This document shows positions 34,279 through 42,522 of a stretch of DNA of 42,522 nucleotides, piece by piece. The notes beneath the pieces are model-generated. The model had not been told where the DNA came from. It did no database searches and saw only the letters and a program-made list of their open reading frames with translations. Source of the stretch: a virus (Duplodnaviria > Caudoviricetes); the IMG/VR virus record IMGVR_UViG_3300022867_000024, positions 1 to 42,522 of that record. One strand, given 5' to 3'. Within the stretch, counting starts at the first letter, position 1. Each line of letters opens with the position of its first letter. The translations under genes were made by a program, and so were the position numbers.

Positions 34279-34572
34279 GAATAAAAAAACAGACTAGCTG
34301 AAGCATACGTACAAATCTAAAAAAATACGCCCACGCCGCGCATAAACAAAGGATATGCTATCCTTATATATGAAAAAAGCCCTTTAATACCTCACTTATT
34401 GATATTCTGTGGTGTTTTTTGTGTAGTCTATGGGGGAAAGTCATCATTTCGTAGAGACGAATACCCTTTCATATTTTTTCTTCAAACAAATCGCTATTTT
34501 GAACTTACCCTGCTCTCGGCATCTCTTAATAATCCCTTTTAGTCTCAACACAAAGGCAGTCCGTCTACTTAC

Positions 34573-34992
34573 CTAGATACTCCCCATTCGTTCACTCATA
34601 CGCATAGCTCTCTTTGGCGTCTGTGTAGCCCACTTACTATCCAACATCTCCTCACTAGCTAACTTATAATCCTCATCTTGTAGTGCTTTAAGCATGCCTT
34701 TGAACTTGGAAACACCGTAGCCACCCATCTGGTAACACATCTCAACTACTATATTCCTAGCAGTCTCATGTATGTTGGGACATAACATTAACAATTCTTC
34801 TGAACCAGATACAGCTACAGCGAAGTCTCTCTCAAATAACTTATTCCACCCTGCCATATCTGTAGGGACATCTTCGCCTTCTATCATTTTGTGACCATAG
34901 CCACCTGTGTCAAACCCTAGAGTGTCTTTGTAGACTTCCATTCTGAAGCCTTCTTCTTTTTTAATCTCTTTTTTAGTATCCGCTATATCCAT
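34573..34992 (-). CDS. T4-like lysozyme (GH24)
   Basis: EG...VYKDTLGFDTGGYG (E-x8-D-x5-T), SKWATQTPKRA. Confidence 0.9.
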   Translation of the reverse strand: MDIADTKKEIKKEEGFRMEVYKDTLGFDTGGYGHKMIEGEDVPTDMAGWNKLFERDFAVAVSGSEELLMLCPNIHETARNIVVEMCYQMGGYGVSKFKGMLKALQDEDYKLASEEMLDSKWATQTPKRAMRMSERMGSI

Positions 34993-36614
34993 CTTTCTTT
35001 CCCTCGTATTGTTCCAGTTGTATGTTCCATAAACCTCTCCAAGTCTTTATCTAGCAAGTCTTCTTTGTGTTGACTGTAAGATAACTGTTGGTCTCTATCT
35101 AATCGTGTTACCCAATAGTTTGCACAGATAGCTAATGCGTCTATGGCATCATCATGTCTTAATGAACCTCTATCTCTAGTTAACCTTGTCATCTGTCTAA
35201 ACAACTGATGGTCAGGTTCGTTCTTGAAATCTTCATTAATTAACAAATCATCTATGACTAACCTATGGCTATTCATTAAAGGCTCTAAGGTATCTATGAT
35301 ACGTTTCTCCTTTTGGATATTGTGTCTAACTTCTTCTATCTCACAGGGGTGTATCTTAGCCATGATAGGTTTAAGTAATTGTGTTGCCATACCGTCACCA
35401 AAGTTACTCTCGATAACCACATAGTTCACATCATGCTTCCTCGCAATGTGTGATAGTTGAGACATAGTGGCATCTGAATATCCACCTTCTAGTGAACCCA
35501 CAGCAGTCAAATATAATACTCCGTGAAGCATTTTAAGAACTGCATAAGCTGTTTTATCTTCCCCTCTACCTGATGGGTCAATAGACATACACGTACCTTC
35601 AAATTTTGTAAATTCCTCAGACATATACATAGGGGCTACAAAGTAATCTCCTTTAAGTCCTACGTTAGGTATATCTGGGTCTATAGCTTTCATTTGCTCT
35701 GGCGATGAAGCCCACTGTATTTTAGCAGGTGCTTCTGTCCAAGTTGAACAACCTGAAGCTACTATTAAATCATTTAATTTAAGAGGGTATCTATTTGCAT
35801 CAGACAATGATGTGTCTAACATAAATTGTAAGTTAAAACCTGAACGACCATAAGAAGATAATCTTTCCATTAAATCTACTCCATCAAACCTTTGAGGGTC
35901 TGTGGGGTCTCCTTCTTTACCTACAATGATAGAAGCTAGTTTGTCTCCATAACCTACGGCTTGTGTTTTAGTAGGTACTAATGCTGTCCATATCTTAGTC
36001 TTAAATCCTCTTTCTTCTAAAGTATTATATAATGACATCTCATTTTGAGGTGTACCTAGAAATATAATTCTTCCTACTTCTGGTTTAATAATTGCATCAA
36101 ATTCTTTTACTGTCTCACTCAATCTATCTCTCATAAGCTGAGTTTGGGAGTTATTCGCACTCTCAACGTCATCAGCAATGATTAAGTCTGCTCTACTACC
36201 TGTCATCTGCCCTGAGATACCCATAGATTTAACTGAGGGTGCATGTGAAGCTAACGCAGGGGCTACATCAAAACTTATCTTTGAGTGTCTCTGGTTATCT
36301 CTAGGTATTAGATGAGATAATAAAGGCATCTCTCCAATTAGTCTCTGTGTAAATGTACTGAAATCATCAGCCCTACTTTTAGAGGCAGAGACAACTAAAA
36401 TGTTTCTCTGTGGGTTTAATAATAATTGATGTACGACAAAAGATGACGTAATCCAACTTTTACCTACACCTCTGAATGCTTCTATAACTAACCTCTTGTG
36501 AGGAGACTGTAGATAATCTGCAATGTCATATTGTATCGGTGTTGGTTCTGGTAAGTTTAAATGCTTCCAACATAAATATAGAAAGTTTTTAAAGTTCTTT
36601 AATCTATTGTCCAT
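34983..36614 (-). CDS. terL: Terminase large subunit (gp19-like)
   Basis: AFRGVGKS, IIADDVE, IDPSGRG.D, ESNFGDGM, HDDAIDA; start placed at MDNRL. Confidence 0.95.
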   Translation of the reverse strand: MDNRLKNFKNFLYLCWKHLNLPEPTPIQYDIADYLQSPHKRLVIEAFRGVGKSWITSSFVVHQLLLNPQRNILVVSASKSRADDFSTFTQRLIGEMPLLSHLIPRDNQRHSKISFDVAPALASHAPSVKSMGISGQMTGSRADLIIADDVESANNSQTQLMRDRLSETVKEFDAIIKPEVGRIIFLGTPQNEMSLYNTLEERGFKTKIWTALVPTKTQAVGYGDKLASIIVGKEGDPTDPQRFDGVDLMERLSSYGRSGFNLQFMLDTSLSDANRYPLKLNDLIVASGCSTWTEAPAKIQWASSPEQMKAIDPDIPNVGLKGDYFVAPMYMSEEFTKFEGTCMSIDPSGRGEDKTAYAVLKMLHGVLYLTAVGSLEGGYSDATMSQLSHIARKHDVNYVVIESNFGDGMATQLLKPIMAKIHPCEIEEVRHNIQKEKRIIDTLEPLMNSHRLVIDDLLINEDFKNEPDHQLFRQMTRLTRDRGSLRHDDAIDALAICANYWVTRLDRDQQLSYSQHKEDLLDKDLERFMEHTTGTIRGKERWI

Positions 36615-36813
36615 CTGTATCAAAAGGTATGTCATCAAGAATGTTGTCTTCCTTCTTAGTCAAAGGTTCTGTGCTGTAAGTTTTACAAACTTCTAAACAC
36701 ACTTTCATTTCTGATGCTGTTAGTTCGTCACCTGATTTTAATTTGTTATATGCATGAGTTACTAATAATTCTGGTAACTCTTTTACAATGTCTGCTAGTT
36801 TAACATCTGGCAT
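36604..36813 (-). CDS. Terminase small subunit (gp18-like)
   Basis: 69 aa upstream of terL; LKSG..TASE, C-terminal IPF. Confidence 0.6.
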   Translation of the reverse strand: MPDVKLADIVKELPELLVTHAYNKLKSGDELTASEMKVCLEVCKTYSTEPLTKKEDNILDDIPFDTDGQ

Positions 36814-36938
36814 TATTTACCCTGCCTGTTGTAAGGTTTAAAATCTCTCTTCTCGTCTTTGTTTAATTTCTTTTTGTGTCTGCCAACTGATTTCTTCGTA
36901 ATTTTTTGATACGTACTTGTCGTTTGCTTCTTAGCCAT
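36813..36938 (-). CDS. 41-aa lysine-rich peptide (not in ORF track)
   Basis: MAKKQTT...GRHKKKLNKDEKRDFKPYNRQGK; TAATG coupling. Confidence 0.6.
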   Translation of the reverse strand: MAKKQTTSTYQKITKKSVGRHKKKLNKDEKRDFKPYNRQGK

Positions 36939-37113
36939 GATTTTTGATATCCTGAAAAAGCCCAATCAATATATTTATTGAAGAGCCACTTAAATGGGTT
37001 CATAGGGAAACCTCTGGTTAATGTTAATTAATGAGTAATAGTAGCCGTAATTAAAGTTAGCCAAAAAATGACTAAAAGTCCGTAAACTATTGATTTTATA
37101 AGATTATTCACGA

Positions 37114-37326
37114 TTACACTTGTTCTTCTTTGGTACACATAAATTTAGTTGCTATTTTGTTATCATTTACAAAAGTATCTTCCTGTGAAATTACTAATTG
37201 CTTAGATATGTCTAATGCCGCAATAGTACATTCTTTCCATGAAGCATACAGTTGTTTAATTGCTACTGGAGGTAAGCATTGATTGTTTATAAAAGAACAT
37301 AAACTTATTGTTAATATAAAGTTCAT
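37114..37326 (-). CDS. Small exported cysteine-containing protein
   Basis: 70 aa; hydrophobic start, CS....QC, YASWKEC...FMCTKE. Confidence 0.6.
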   Translation of the reverse strand: MNFILTISLCSFINNQCLPPVAIKQLYASWKECTIAALDISKQLVISQEDTFVNDNKIATKFMCTKEEQV

Positions 37327-37433
37327 TTCTTTTTTCTATTCTTACACTTACATCTGGGTGCAAATAGATTGCCAATCCATGCAAAAGCATTGTCTATTTT
37401 GCCAAAGAAACTTAATAAAATTTTATCTATCAT
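37323..37433 (-). CDS. 36-aa amphipathic peptide (not in ORF track)
   Basis: MIDKILLSFFGKIDNAFAWIGNLFAPRCKCKNRKKK; ATGA-coupled on both sides. Confidence 0.5.
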   Translation of the reverse strand: MIDKILLSFFGKIDNAFAWIGNLFAPRCKCKNRKKK

Positions 37434-37783
37434 TTCTTCTTTAACTTATTCATTGTAGTGACACCGAAAGATGCACCAACTATTGTTAATATAATGTACC
37501 AGAACATAGGGTCAGCAAATTCTAAAATCTCCCACCCTCTTTGCATTGTGTCCTGAGTGTATGGAATAAAATGGAATGCCATAAGGCAAGTAAAAAATAC
37601 TACCAACCACTCGTCTTTCCACGAATGTTCTTGCTGTTTAATTTGTTCTATTGAAATCTGTGAAGCTGCATCTAATTCTTTTTCTCTAATGATTTTATCT
37701 TTAGCTAATTTATGAGAAATTGCTCCAAATGTTTTTTCTGCTATAATTCTTGTAAGTGGATTTTTAAGTAACGCAAACCACAT
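37430..37783 (-). CDS. Putative holin
   Basis: SWKDEW followed by two TM segments and a basic tail. Confidence 0.6.
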   Translation of the reverse strand: MWFALLKNPLTRIIAEKTFGAISHKLAKDKIIREKELDAASQISIEQIKQQEHSWKDEWLVVFFTCLMAFHFIPYTQDTMQRGWEILEFADPMFWYIILTIVGASFGVTTMNKLKKK

Positions 37784-37784
37784 G

Positions 37785-37907
37785 TTACATTAAATACAAT
37801 CCGATAGACCAAACCATGAATAATGCAAAAGCAAATTTATTAGTATTATTCCAATAAATCTCTGCTTTGCTTCTCCAAGTTTTTAGTGAGTATCCATATA
37901 TTATCAT
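37785..37907 (-). CDS. 40-aa membrane peptide (not in ORF track)
   Basis: MIIYGYSLKTW...FAFALFMVWSIGLYLM; GGGAG RBS. Confidence 0.55.
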   Translation of the reverse strand: MIIYGYSLKTWRSKAEIYWNNTNKFAFALFMVWSIGLYLM

Positions 37908-37922
37908 ATTGTTTCTCCCTTA

Positions 37923-38096
37923 TTATTTTAAAAAATTGTAAGTGCCTGTGACGATGCTGCTAAGAATCAACAATAACCATAATGCACCTTTTCCTTTATT
38001 GATGTCTGCTCTTAAACCTTTAGTTTCATGTCTAAGTTCTTTTATCTCTCTAACTAGGAAGTCAATTTTTACTTCAGTAGATGATTTTCTAGTCAT
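37923..38096 (-). CDS. 57-aa coiled-coil plus TM protein (not in ORF track)
   Basis: MTRKSSTEVKIDFLVREIKEL...KGKGALWLLLIL. Confidence 0.6.
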   Translation of the reverse strand: MTRKSSTEVKIDFLVREIKELRHETKGLRADINKGKGALWLLLILSSIVTGTYNFLK

Positions 38097-38425
38097 TAGC
38101 CTTTAGGATTATCTAATTTAACTTTAGCTACTGCGTCTTTCCAAGTAGTAGTACCATTTAGTAAGTCTTTGTATTGCATATCCATTTGTTCTTGCCATGT
38201 TGGATAAGCATTTGCTCTAGTGTTTAAAACAGTTTGTAATGCTTCTTCTGCGTTACCAGCAGCTTCATAACTAGCTAATTGTATATCAGTAGGTTTAGCA
38301 ATAGATAAATTCCATTCTTTAATGTATGCACCATTACCATCACTATCATCTTGTAAGATTACATCACTTCCAAAATCTATTTCTTGATTTGCGTATAGTT
38401 TTATTTTTGTATTTAAGTTTGCCAT
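38096..38425 (-). CDS. Putative fibre chaperone (XkdW-like)
   Basis: LQDDSDG.GAYIKEWN...KPT; R..AYPTWQEQMDM.Y.D. Confidence 0.6.
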   Translation of the reverse strand: MANLNTKIKLYANQEIDFGSDVILQDDSDGNGAYIKEWNLSIAKPTDIQLASYEAAGNAEEALQTVLNTRANAYPTWQEQMDMQYKDLLNGTTTWKDAVAKVKLDNPKG

Positions 38426-38436
38426 AATTTATATTC

Positions 38437-38997
38437 CTATTCTATTAATTTAAATCCTGTAAAATATGTTCCTATTCCATTAGAATTTGAATAACTTACA
38501 CTTCCACTAGATTGATGTAATGTATATGCTTCTATATAATCTCCAACAGATAAACTCATTGTTGTTGATACTAAAACTGAAAATTGTTCACCTCCACCTG
38601 AACTTCCATTTGTAAAAAATTCTGGTATATCAAATGAGGTTGCTCCATTTTTTGCAATCCAAATATAAATTTTTTTTTGGTCATCAATTGAACCTGTTCT
38701 TACAGAAGCACTAATGAAATATTTTCCAGCTTTACCAGATGGAACTGTAAATCTGTAATTTGTAGAACTATCAAAAGCACCATCAGTATCAAATACTTCA
38801 CTATTATACTGTAATTTAACAGAGGTATCGCTTCCAATACTTTGACCAGCTGACATAGTTGCTTTAAAAGCTGGAGTATTATCTCCACCAACAGCTTGAA
38901 AGTCTGATGCAGTTGCAGATGTAGCTGTCCAAGATTCTCCTGATGCAGCTGTGTCTGCTCTATTAATTGCTCTGTTATTTATTGTTGTTATTGCCAT
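38437..38997 (-). CDS. Fibre/adhesin with a C1q-like head
   Basis: PAF.A, FDTDGAFD....RFTVP..AGKYF, L.VGDYIE, F.GFKL. Confidence 0.65.
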   Translation of the reverse strand: MAITTINNRAINRADTAASGESWTATSATASDFQAVGGDNTPAFKATMSAGQSIGSDTSVKLQYNSEVFDTDGAFDSSTNYRFTVPSGKAGKYFISASVRTGSIDDQKKIYIWIAKNGATSFDIPEFFTNGSSGGGEQFSVLVSTTMSLSVGDYIEAYTLHQSSGSVSYSNSNGIGTYFTGFKLIE

Positions 38998-39001
38998 ATT
39001 A

Positions 39002-39265
39002 TTATACTCCTAGTGCAGCTTCTTGTGTCGATTTAAAAGTTTCATAAGCACTTTTAACTTCATCTGTCCAAACTGCGTTACATACTGCTTGAACTTCTGT
39101 GTGTTCATCAGTTATAATTGCGTCTGGTGATAAAGCATGTCTATGATATTTTCTTGATAATTCTTCGCCATCTTCGATAACTACAGTATCTGTTCTTACT
39201 TGAACTGATTTGTATTTTCCGACCACTTCGATTTTACCAATCTGTGTCTCTTTTGTTATTGCCAT
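39002..39265 (-). CDS. Small fibre-associated protein
   Basis: 87 aa; KIEVV...VQVR...ELSR.YHRH...VQAVCNAVWT. Confidence 0.6.
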   Translation of the reverse strand: MAITKETQIGKIEVVGKYKSVQVRTDTVVIEDGEELSRKYHRHALSPDAIITDEHTEVQAVCNAVWTDEVKSAYETFKSTQEAALGV

Positions 39266-39285
39266 GTGTTGTCTCCTTGTTGTTG

Positions 39286-40200
39286 TTAATCTGTTTGATA
39301 AGTTAAACTAACCATTATATCTTCAGTTCCATTCATTGCTGATGCACTTACATCTACATTGACATTATTTCTAGCATCTGAACTTGCTGATTTTCTTAAA
39401 GCAATATGGTTGTCAGCACTACCTACAGCAGCACCTTTAGGTGCATTATCTGTATCAAAAAGTTGAGTAAAAGCAATAGAACCAGAAGCATAATAATTAC
39501 CACCACCATCACTTTTAGAAGTAAAAGGTAATCCATTAATTATTGCACCACCACTTGGTGCTGAACTCCAACTTGATAAATTCATCCATATATCTACTTG
39601 AACTATTCTTCCTATTTTAGTGTAGATACCAAGTCTTGAAGCATAGCTTACACCACTTGGTGCACCAGTACTTCCACTAAAACTAGGTGTAAAAGTTCCT
39701 TCTTCGTAATCATCTAAAAGATTAGCTGCTGTTGCAGAACTAACTCCTAAATAAATTCCAGCACTAGCACTTGCTGGTAGTAAATTATTATTAGCACCAT
39801 CTTCTGACCAACCATTTAATCCAGCTGCAGCAAAAGTATTATCTCCTCTTAAAAAGGTTGTAGCATCTTTAGTTCCAGTAGCTGTAAGTTTAGCAAGAGA
39901 AACTGTATCATCACTTGGTACACCTAAATCTAAAACTGAACCTAGTATCTGAATAAAATCTATTACGTCTGAACTTGTTAATGCCGAAGCAAAAACAATA
40001 GTAGAACCTGAAATAGTAAATCCACCACTTGCTCCTGGCTTTTGTATAACTCCATTTAGAGATACTATACAATGATTAGCTGTTTCTGGTGAAACTGCTA
40101 CTGTATCTACAAGTAAATTATAAGTAGCTGTAGCCGAAGTTGTTATTGCATCACAAACTTGAAAATTCCCACTCTGAGGCGTACGACCGATATAAGACAT
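39286..40200 (-). CDS. Tail-fibre-like protein
   Basis: MSYIG start; LNGVIQ.P, TFLRGD, NLLDDYEEGTFTP, YTKIGR.V, GLPF. Confidence 0.7.
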   Translation of the reverse strand: MSYIGRTPQSGNFQVCDAITTSATATYNLLVDTVAVSPETANHCIVSLNGVIQKPGASGGFTISGSTIVFASALTSSDVIDFIQILGSVLDLGVPSDDTVSLAKLTATGTKDATTFLRGDNTFAAAGLNGWSEDGANNNLLPASASAGIYLGVSSATAANLLDDYEEGTFTPSFSGSTGAPSGVSYASRLGIYTKIGRIVQVDIWMNLSSWSSAPSGGAIINGLPFTSKSDGGGNYYASGSIAFTQLFDTDNAPKGAAVGSADNHIALRKSASSDARNNVNVDVSASAMNGTEDIMVSLTYQTD

Positions 40201-41049
40201 CTATGCTACCTTCCTTTGCCAATAGGCTTTTGTTTTTTGAGATAATAAGTTTCTAGTTTCGCCTGTCATATAAGACATATTTCTACCAAGTTTATATCCA
40301 TTACTTAAATAATCTTTTTTCAATTCTTTATTAACTCTTTTAGATTTATTGTCTTTATTAACCCAGATAAGATTTGAATATATTTTACTATAATTTTTTC
40401 TTTGTTCATCAGAGCATACTTGAAATTGTCTAGCATATTTAATTTTAGCTTTAGTTTCTTCTGTAAGTTTTTTACCAGTATGTGCTATAGATATTTTTTT
40501 CCTAGTTTCTAATGATACTTTTTTTCCAAGACTATATTTATTACCCATATTACGAAGAGTAGTAGCTAATTTGTTTTTTTCGCTAACTTTTCTACCCATA
40601 TTTCCTAAGCTAATTTTTCTTTTAACATATTCTGGTAATTTAGTTCCTGTTAATGTTTTAGATATTTTTGCTTTCCATTCAGGAGTTAATCTTCTTCCTT
40701 TTAATGATTTACTAAATTCACTTTTTAATTTTTCATATACTCTTGAGTTAATTTTATAATCTCTTTTACAAGCTTTAGATTTAGCAGTCATAAATATAAA
40801 GGCATTTAACATTTTATGTTTAATTTGACCTGCTGTAAAATATGGTAATAACATATGGATTATATAATGTTCTCTAGCAGCCAAAGGTACTAAGTTAGAT
40901 TTATCATTAGTTCCACCACAGCTTTTAGGTATAATATGATGAACTTCTTTATATCCTTCTAATGTTCTGTTTTTAGCTTTAGCTATAATATTATCATGCC
41001 AAGTTTTATACTTATTGTTTATAAAAATATCTCTGCCTATATAAGCCAT
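40201..41049 (-). CDS. HNH homing endonuclease with NUMOD3-like repeats
   Basis: EVHHIIPKSCGG.....NLV.L..REHYIIH; repeated K.SEET(K/R).KIS...GK. Confidence 0.85.
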   Translation of the reverse strand: MAYIGRDIFINNKYKTWHDNIIAKAKNRTLEGYKEVHHIIPKSCGGTNDKSNLVPLAAREHYIIHMLLPYFTAGQIKHKMLNAFIFMTAKSKACKRDYKINSRVYEKLKSEFSKSLKGRRLTPEWKAKISKTLTGTKLPEYVKRKISLGNMGRKVSEKNKLATTLRNMGNKYSLGKKVSLETRKKISIAHTGKKLTEETKAKIKYARQFQVCSDEQRKNYSKIYSNLIWVNKDNKSKRVNKELKKDYLSNGYKLGRNMSYMTGETRNLLSQKTKAYWQRKVA

Positions 41050-41150
41050 TATTCGCCACCTCCATTATCTATTATTGTTCCACCATCAGCTATCCATTCT
41101 TGGATTGCTTGGTAATCTGTGTTTGCTTCGTTTAGTGGTATATTAATCAT
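41049..41150 (-). CDS. 33-aa chaperone-like remnant (not in ORF track)
   Basis: MINIPLNEANTDYQAIQEWIADGG...; resembles the C-half of the upstream ORF. Confidence 0.5.
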   Translation of the reverse strand: MINIPLNEANTDYQAIQEWIADGGTIIDNGGGE

Positions 41151-41317
41151 TATTCATTTTCCTCTACTGGAAGAGGAGTATTTCCTTTTTCTAACCAATC
41201 TAAATATTCTTGATAATCTGAATTAGCTAAATCTTTTGAAAAAGTAGTTACATACCCATCTTTAATTTTCATTATTTGAGTTTGACCTAAAGTATTAATA
41301 TAAAGTTTATACATCAT
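41150..41317 (-). CDS. 55-aa fibre-associated protein (allele B; not in ORF track)
   Basis: MMYKLY...ANSDYQEYLDWLEKGNTP. Confidence 0.6.
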   Translation of the reverse strand: MMYKLYINTLGQTQIMKIKDGYVTTFSKDLANSDYQEYLDWLEKGNTPLPVEENE

Positions 41318-41318
41318 T

Positions 41319-42485
41319 TTATAACTCCGAATTAAATGCTAAAGATGCACTTGAATTGTTAGTTCCTATCCAACCACCTTGTCCAGCAGTTCCTGAAAGA
41401 TTTGTATTACCAAACACAAGCATTGAATAAATATTTTTTGGTCCACCATCTTTAAGTACATTAAAAGTATCATCTGCACTATCTCTTTGAACTCTAAAAC
41501 AATCGCTTACATCAGAAGAAATTAAAGATGGTCCATTTCTCATTGCAGTTGGAAATGAAACAATCATTCTAACGTCAGAACTAGAATAATATGCACCAGA
41601 AGCGATTGTTTGTTGGTCATCATTAACCCATTGTAAATAATACCTCTGACACCTTTCTAAATTCACATCAACAGGTAAGAACTCAAAATCAGATGCTACT
41701 GTTCCAGCTTCAAATTGCACTCCTGTAATCCAAAAGTTATTAGCTACATTGTCTGCATGATTAACTTGTCCTACTGCTCTGTTTGCAGTTGTAACTGAAG
41801 TCCAAGTAGTTGATAAAGTTCCTGATGTATAATTACTTCCAGCCGCTAACCAAAATAATAAAGTTAAAGAAACGCCATTATCATTTCCAAAAGCACCAGA
41901 TGTATCTCCAGCAAAAGTTATAGTTTTCTTTTCCCAAGTATTGGCTACTGAAATTGTATAAGCAGTAGAAATTTGTCTTGTGTTATCTGCATCATATAAC
42001 TCACAAATATTTGTTCCAGTTTTTGTTGCTTTTACCCAAAAAGAAACGGTTGTACTTTCAGCAGAAGCTGTACCTTTTTTTAAATACTGTAAGTTTTGAC
42101 CTTCAACTTTTTGTTGAAGTATGCAATTATCTCCAGCAGCTAAACTTCCATCTGCTGTTGTATTATCCATTTTTAAAGATGTAGCAAAACCTTGAGCTGA
42201 TGGAACATCTGTATCTTGTGATTGTGTCCAAGTTCCAGCAGATGTTAAGCCAAGAAACATTCTATCCACTGTGTGATAACCATTACCAGTAATAGATGCA
42301 GTAGAAGTTGCTCTTTGAGAAATACTCATATCACCATTGATGATGATGTTTCTAAAGTTTGTATCAGCAATTATTTTTTCTGCTGTAACAGAACTATCTG
42401 CTATTTTTGCTGTACTAATAATTCCATCTGTTATATCAGAACTTGTTAATGGTTTGTTTGCTGGTGAAGAACCTATATATGCCAT
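41319..42485 (-). CDS. Tail-fibre protein with carbohydrate-binding-like domain (cassette allele B)
   Basis: 388 aa; RNIIINGDM.ISQR, TVSFWVKA, ITGVQFEAG, L.RCQRYY, FPTAMR. Confidence 0.75.
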   Translation of the reverse strand: MAYIGSSPANKPLTSSDITDGIISTAKIADSSVTAEKIIADTNFRNIIINGDMSISQRATSTASITGNGYHTVDRMFLGLTSAGTWTQSQDTDVPSAQGFATSLKMDNTTADGSLAAGDNCILQQKVEGQNLQYLKKGTASAESTTVSFWVKATKTGTNICELYDADNTRQISTAYTISVANTWEKKTITFAGDTSGAFGNDNGVSLTLLFWLAAGSNYTSGTLSTTWTSVTTANRAVGQVNHADNVANNFWITGVQFEAGTVASDFEFLPVDVNLERCQRYYLQWVNDDQQTIASGAYYSSSDVRMIVSFPTAMRNGPSLISSDVSDCFRVQRDSADDTFNVLKDGGPKNIYSMLVFGNTNLSGTAGQGGWIGTNNSSASLAFNSEL

Positions 42486-42522
42486 ATTAATCCTATGTTA
42501 TTTCCATTACTGATAATGAAGC

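Larger units (their letters stand above)
33760..34570. other. Non-coding region that probably contains the physical genome ends
   Basis: ORF-free, between the terminase/lysin and first early genes, with short repeats as at T7-like termini. Confidence 0.6.

Noticed and set aside
38437-42485. Diversity-generating retroelement or invertase shufflon behind fibre variation
   Set aside because: No reverse transcriptase, no TR/VR pair with A-specific mismatches, no inverted cassettes or dedicated invertase seen
40906-42522. End duplications as the phage's direct terminal repeat
   Set aside because: They lie inside tail/HNH genes and are offset from each other; T7-like ends are expected near 33.8-34.5 kb; best explained by assembly of two alleles

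Overview
Essentially complete (~41 kb) genome of an AT-rich, T7-like (Autographiviridae) temperate podovirus. Its gene order and content resemble the HTVC019P/HTVC011P-type pelagiphages; a SAR11 host is inferred, not shown. All protein genes are on the minus strand. The modules are: early genes, MarR-like regulator, tyrosine integrase and attP, single-subunit RNA polymerase, replication genes, class I RNR, head/tail/internal virion proteins, variable tail-fibre cassettes, lysis genes and terminase. Main observations: (1) Two complete hammerhead ribozymes (type III at 33559-33620, type I at 31545-31605) share an unusual U-U at the base of stem II and bracket a 2.06-kb early block. (2) Five 19-nt repeats inside that block copy the substrate strand of the type I ribozyme but lack the cleavable triplet. 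(3) A short tRNA-Cys anticodon-arm attP core is paired with an intact antisense phage tRNA-Cys. (4) The contig holds two alternative tail cassettes between identical flanks, with 'MAYIG'-starting genes at the junctions. (5) The gp3.5-like amidase has lost catalytic residues. All calls come from reading the sequence by eye; no searches or folding programs were run.
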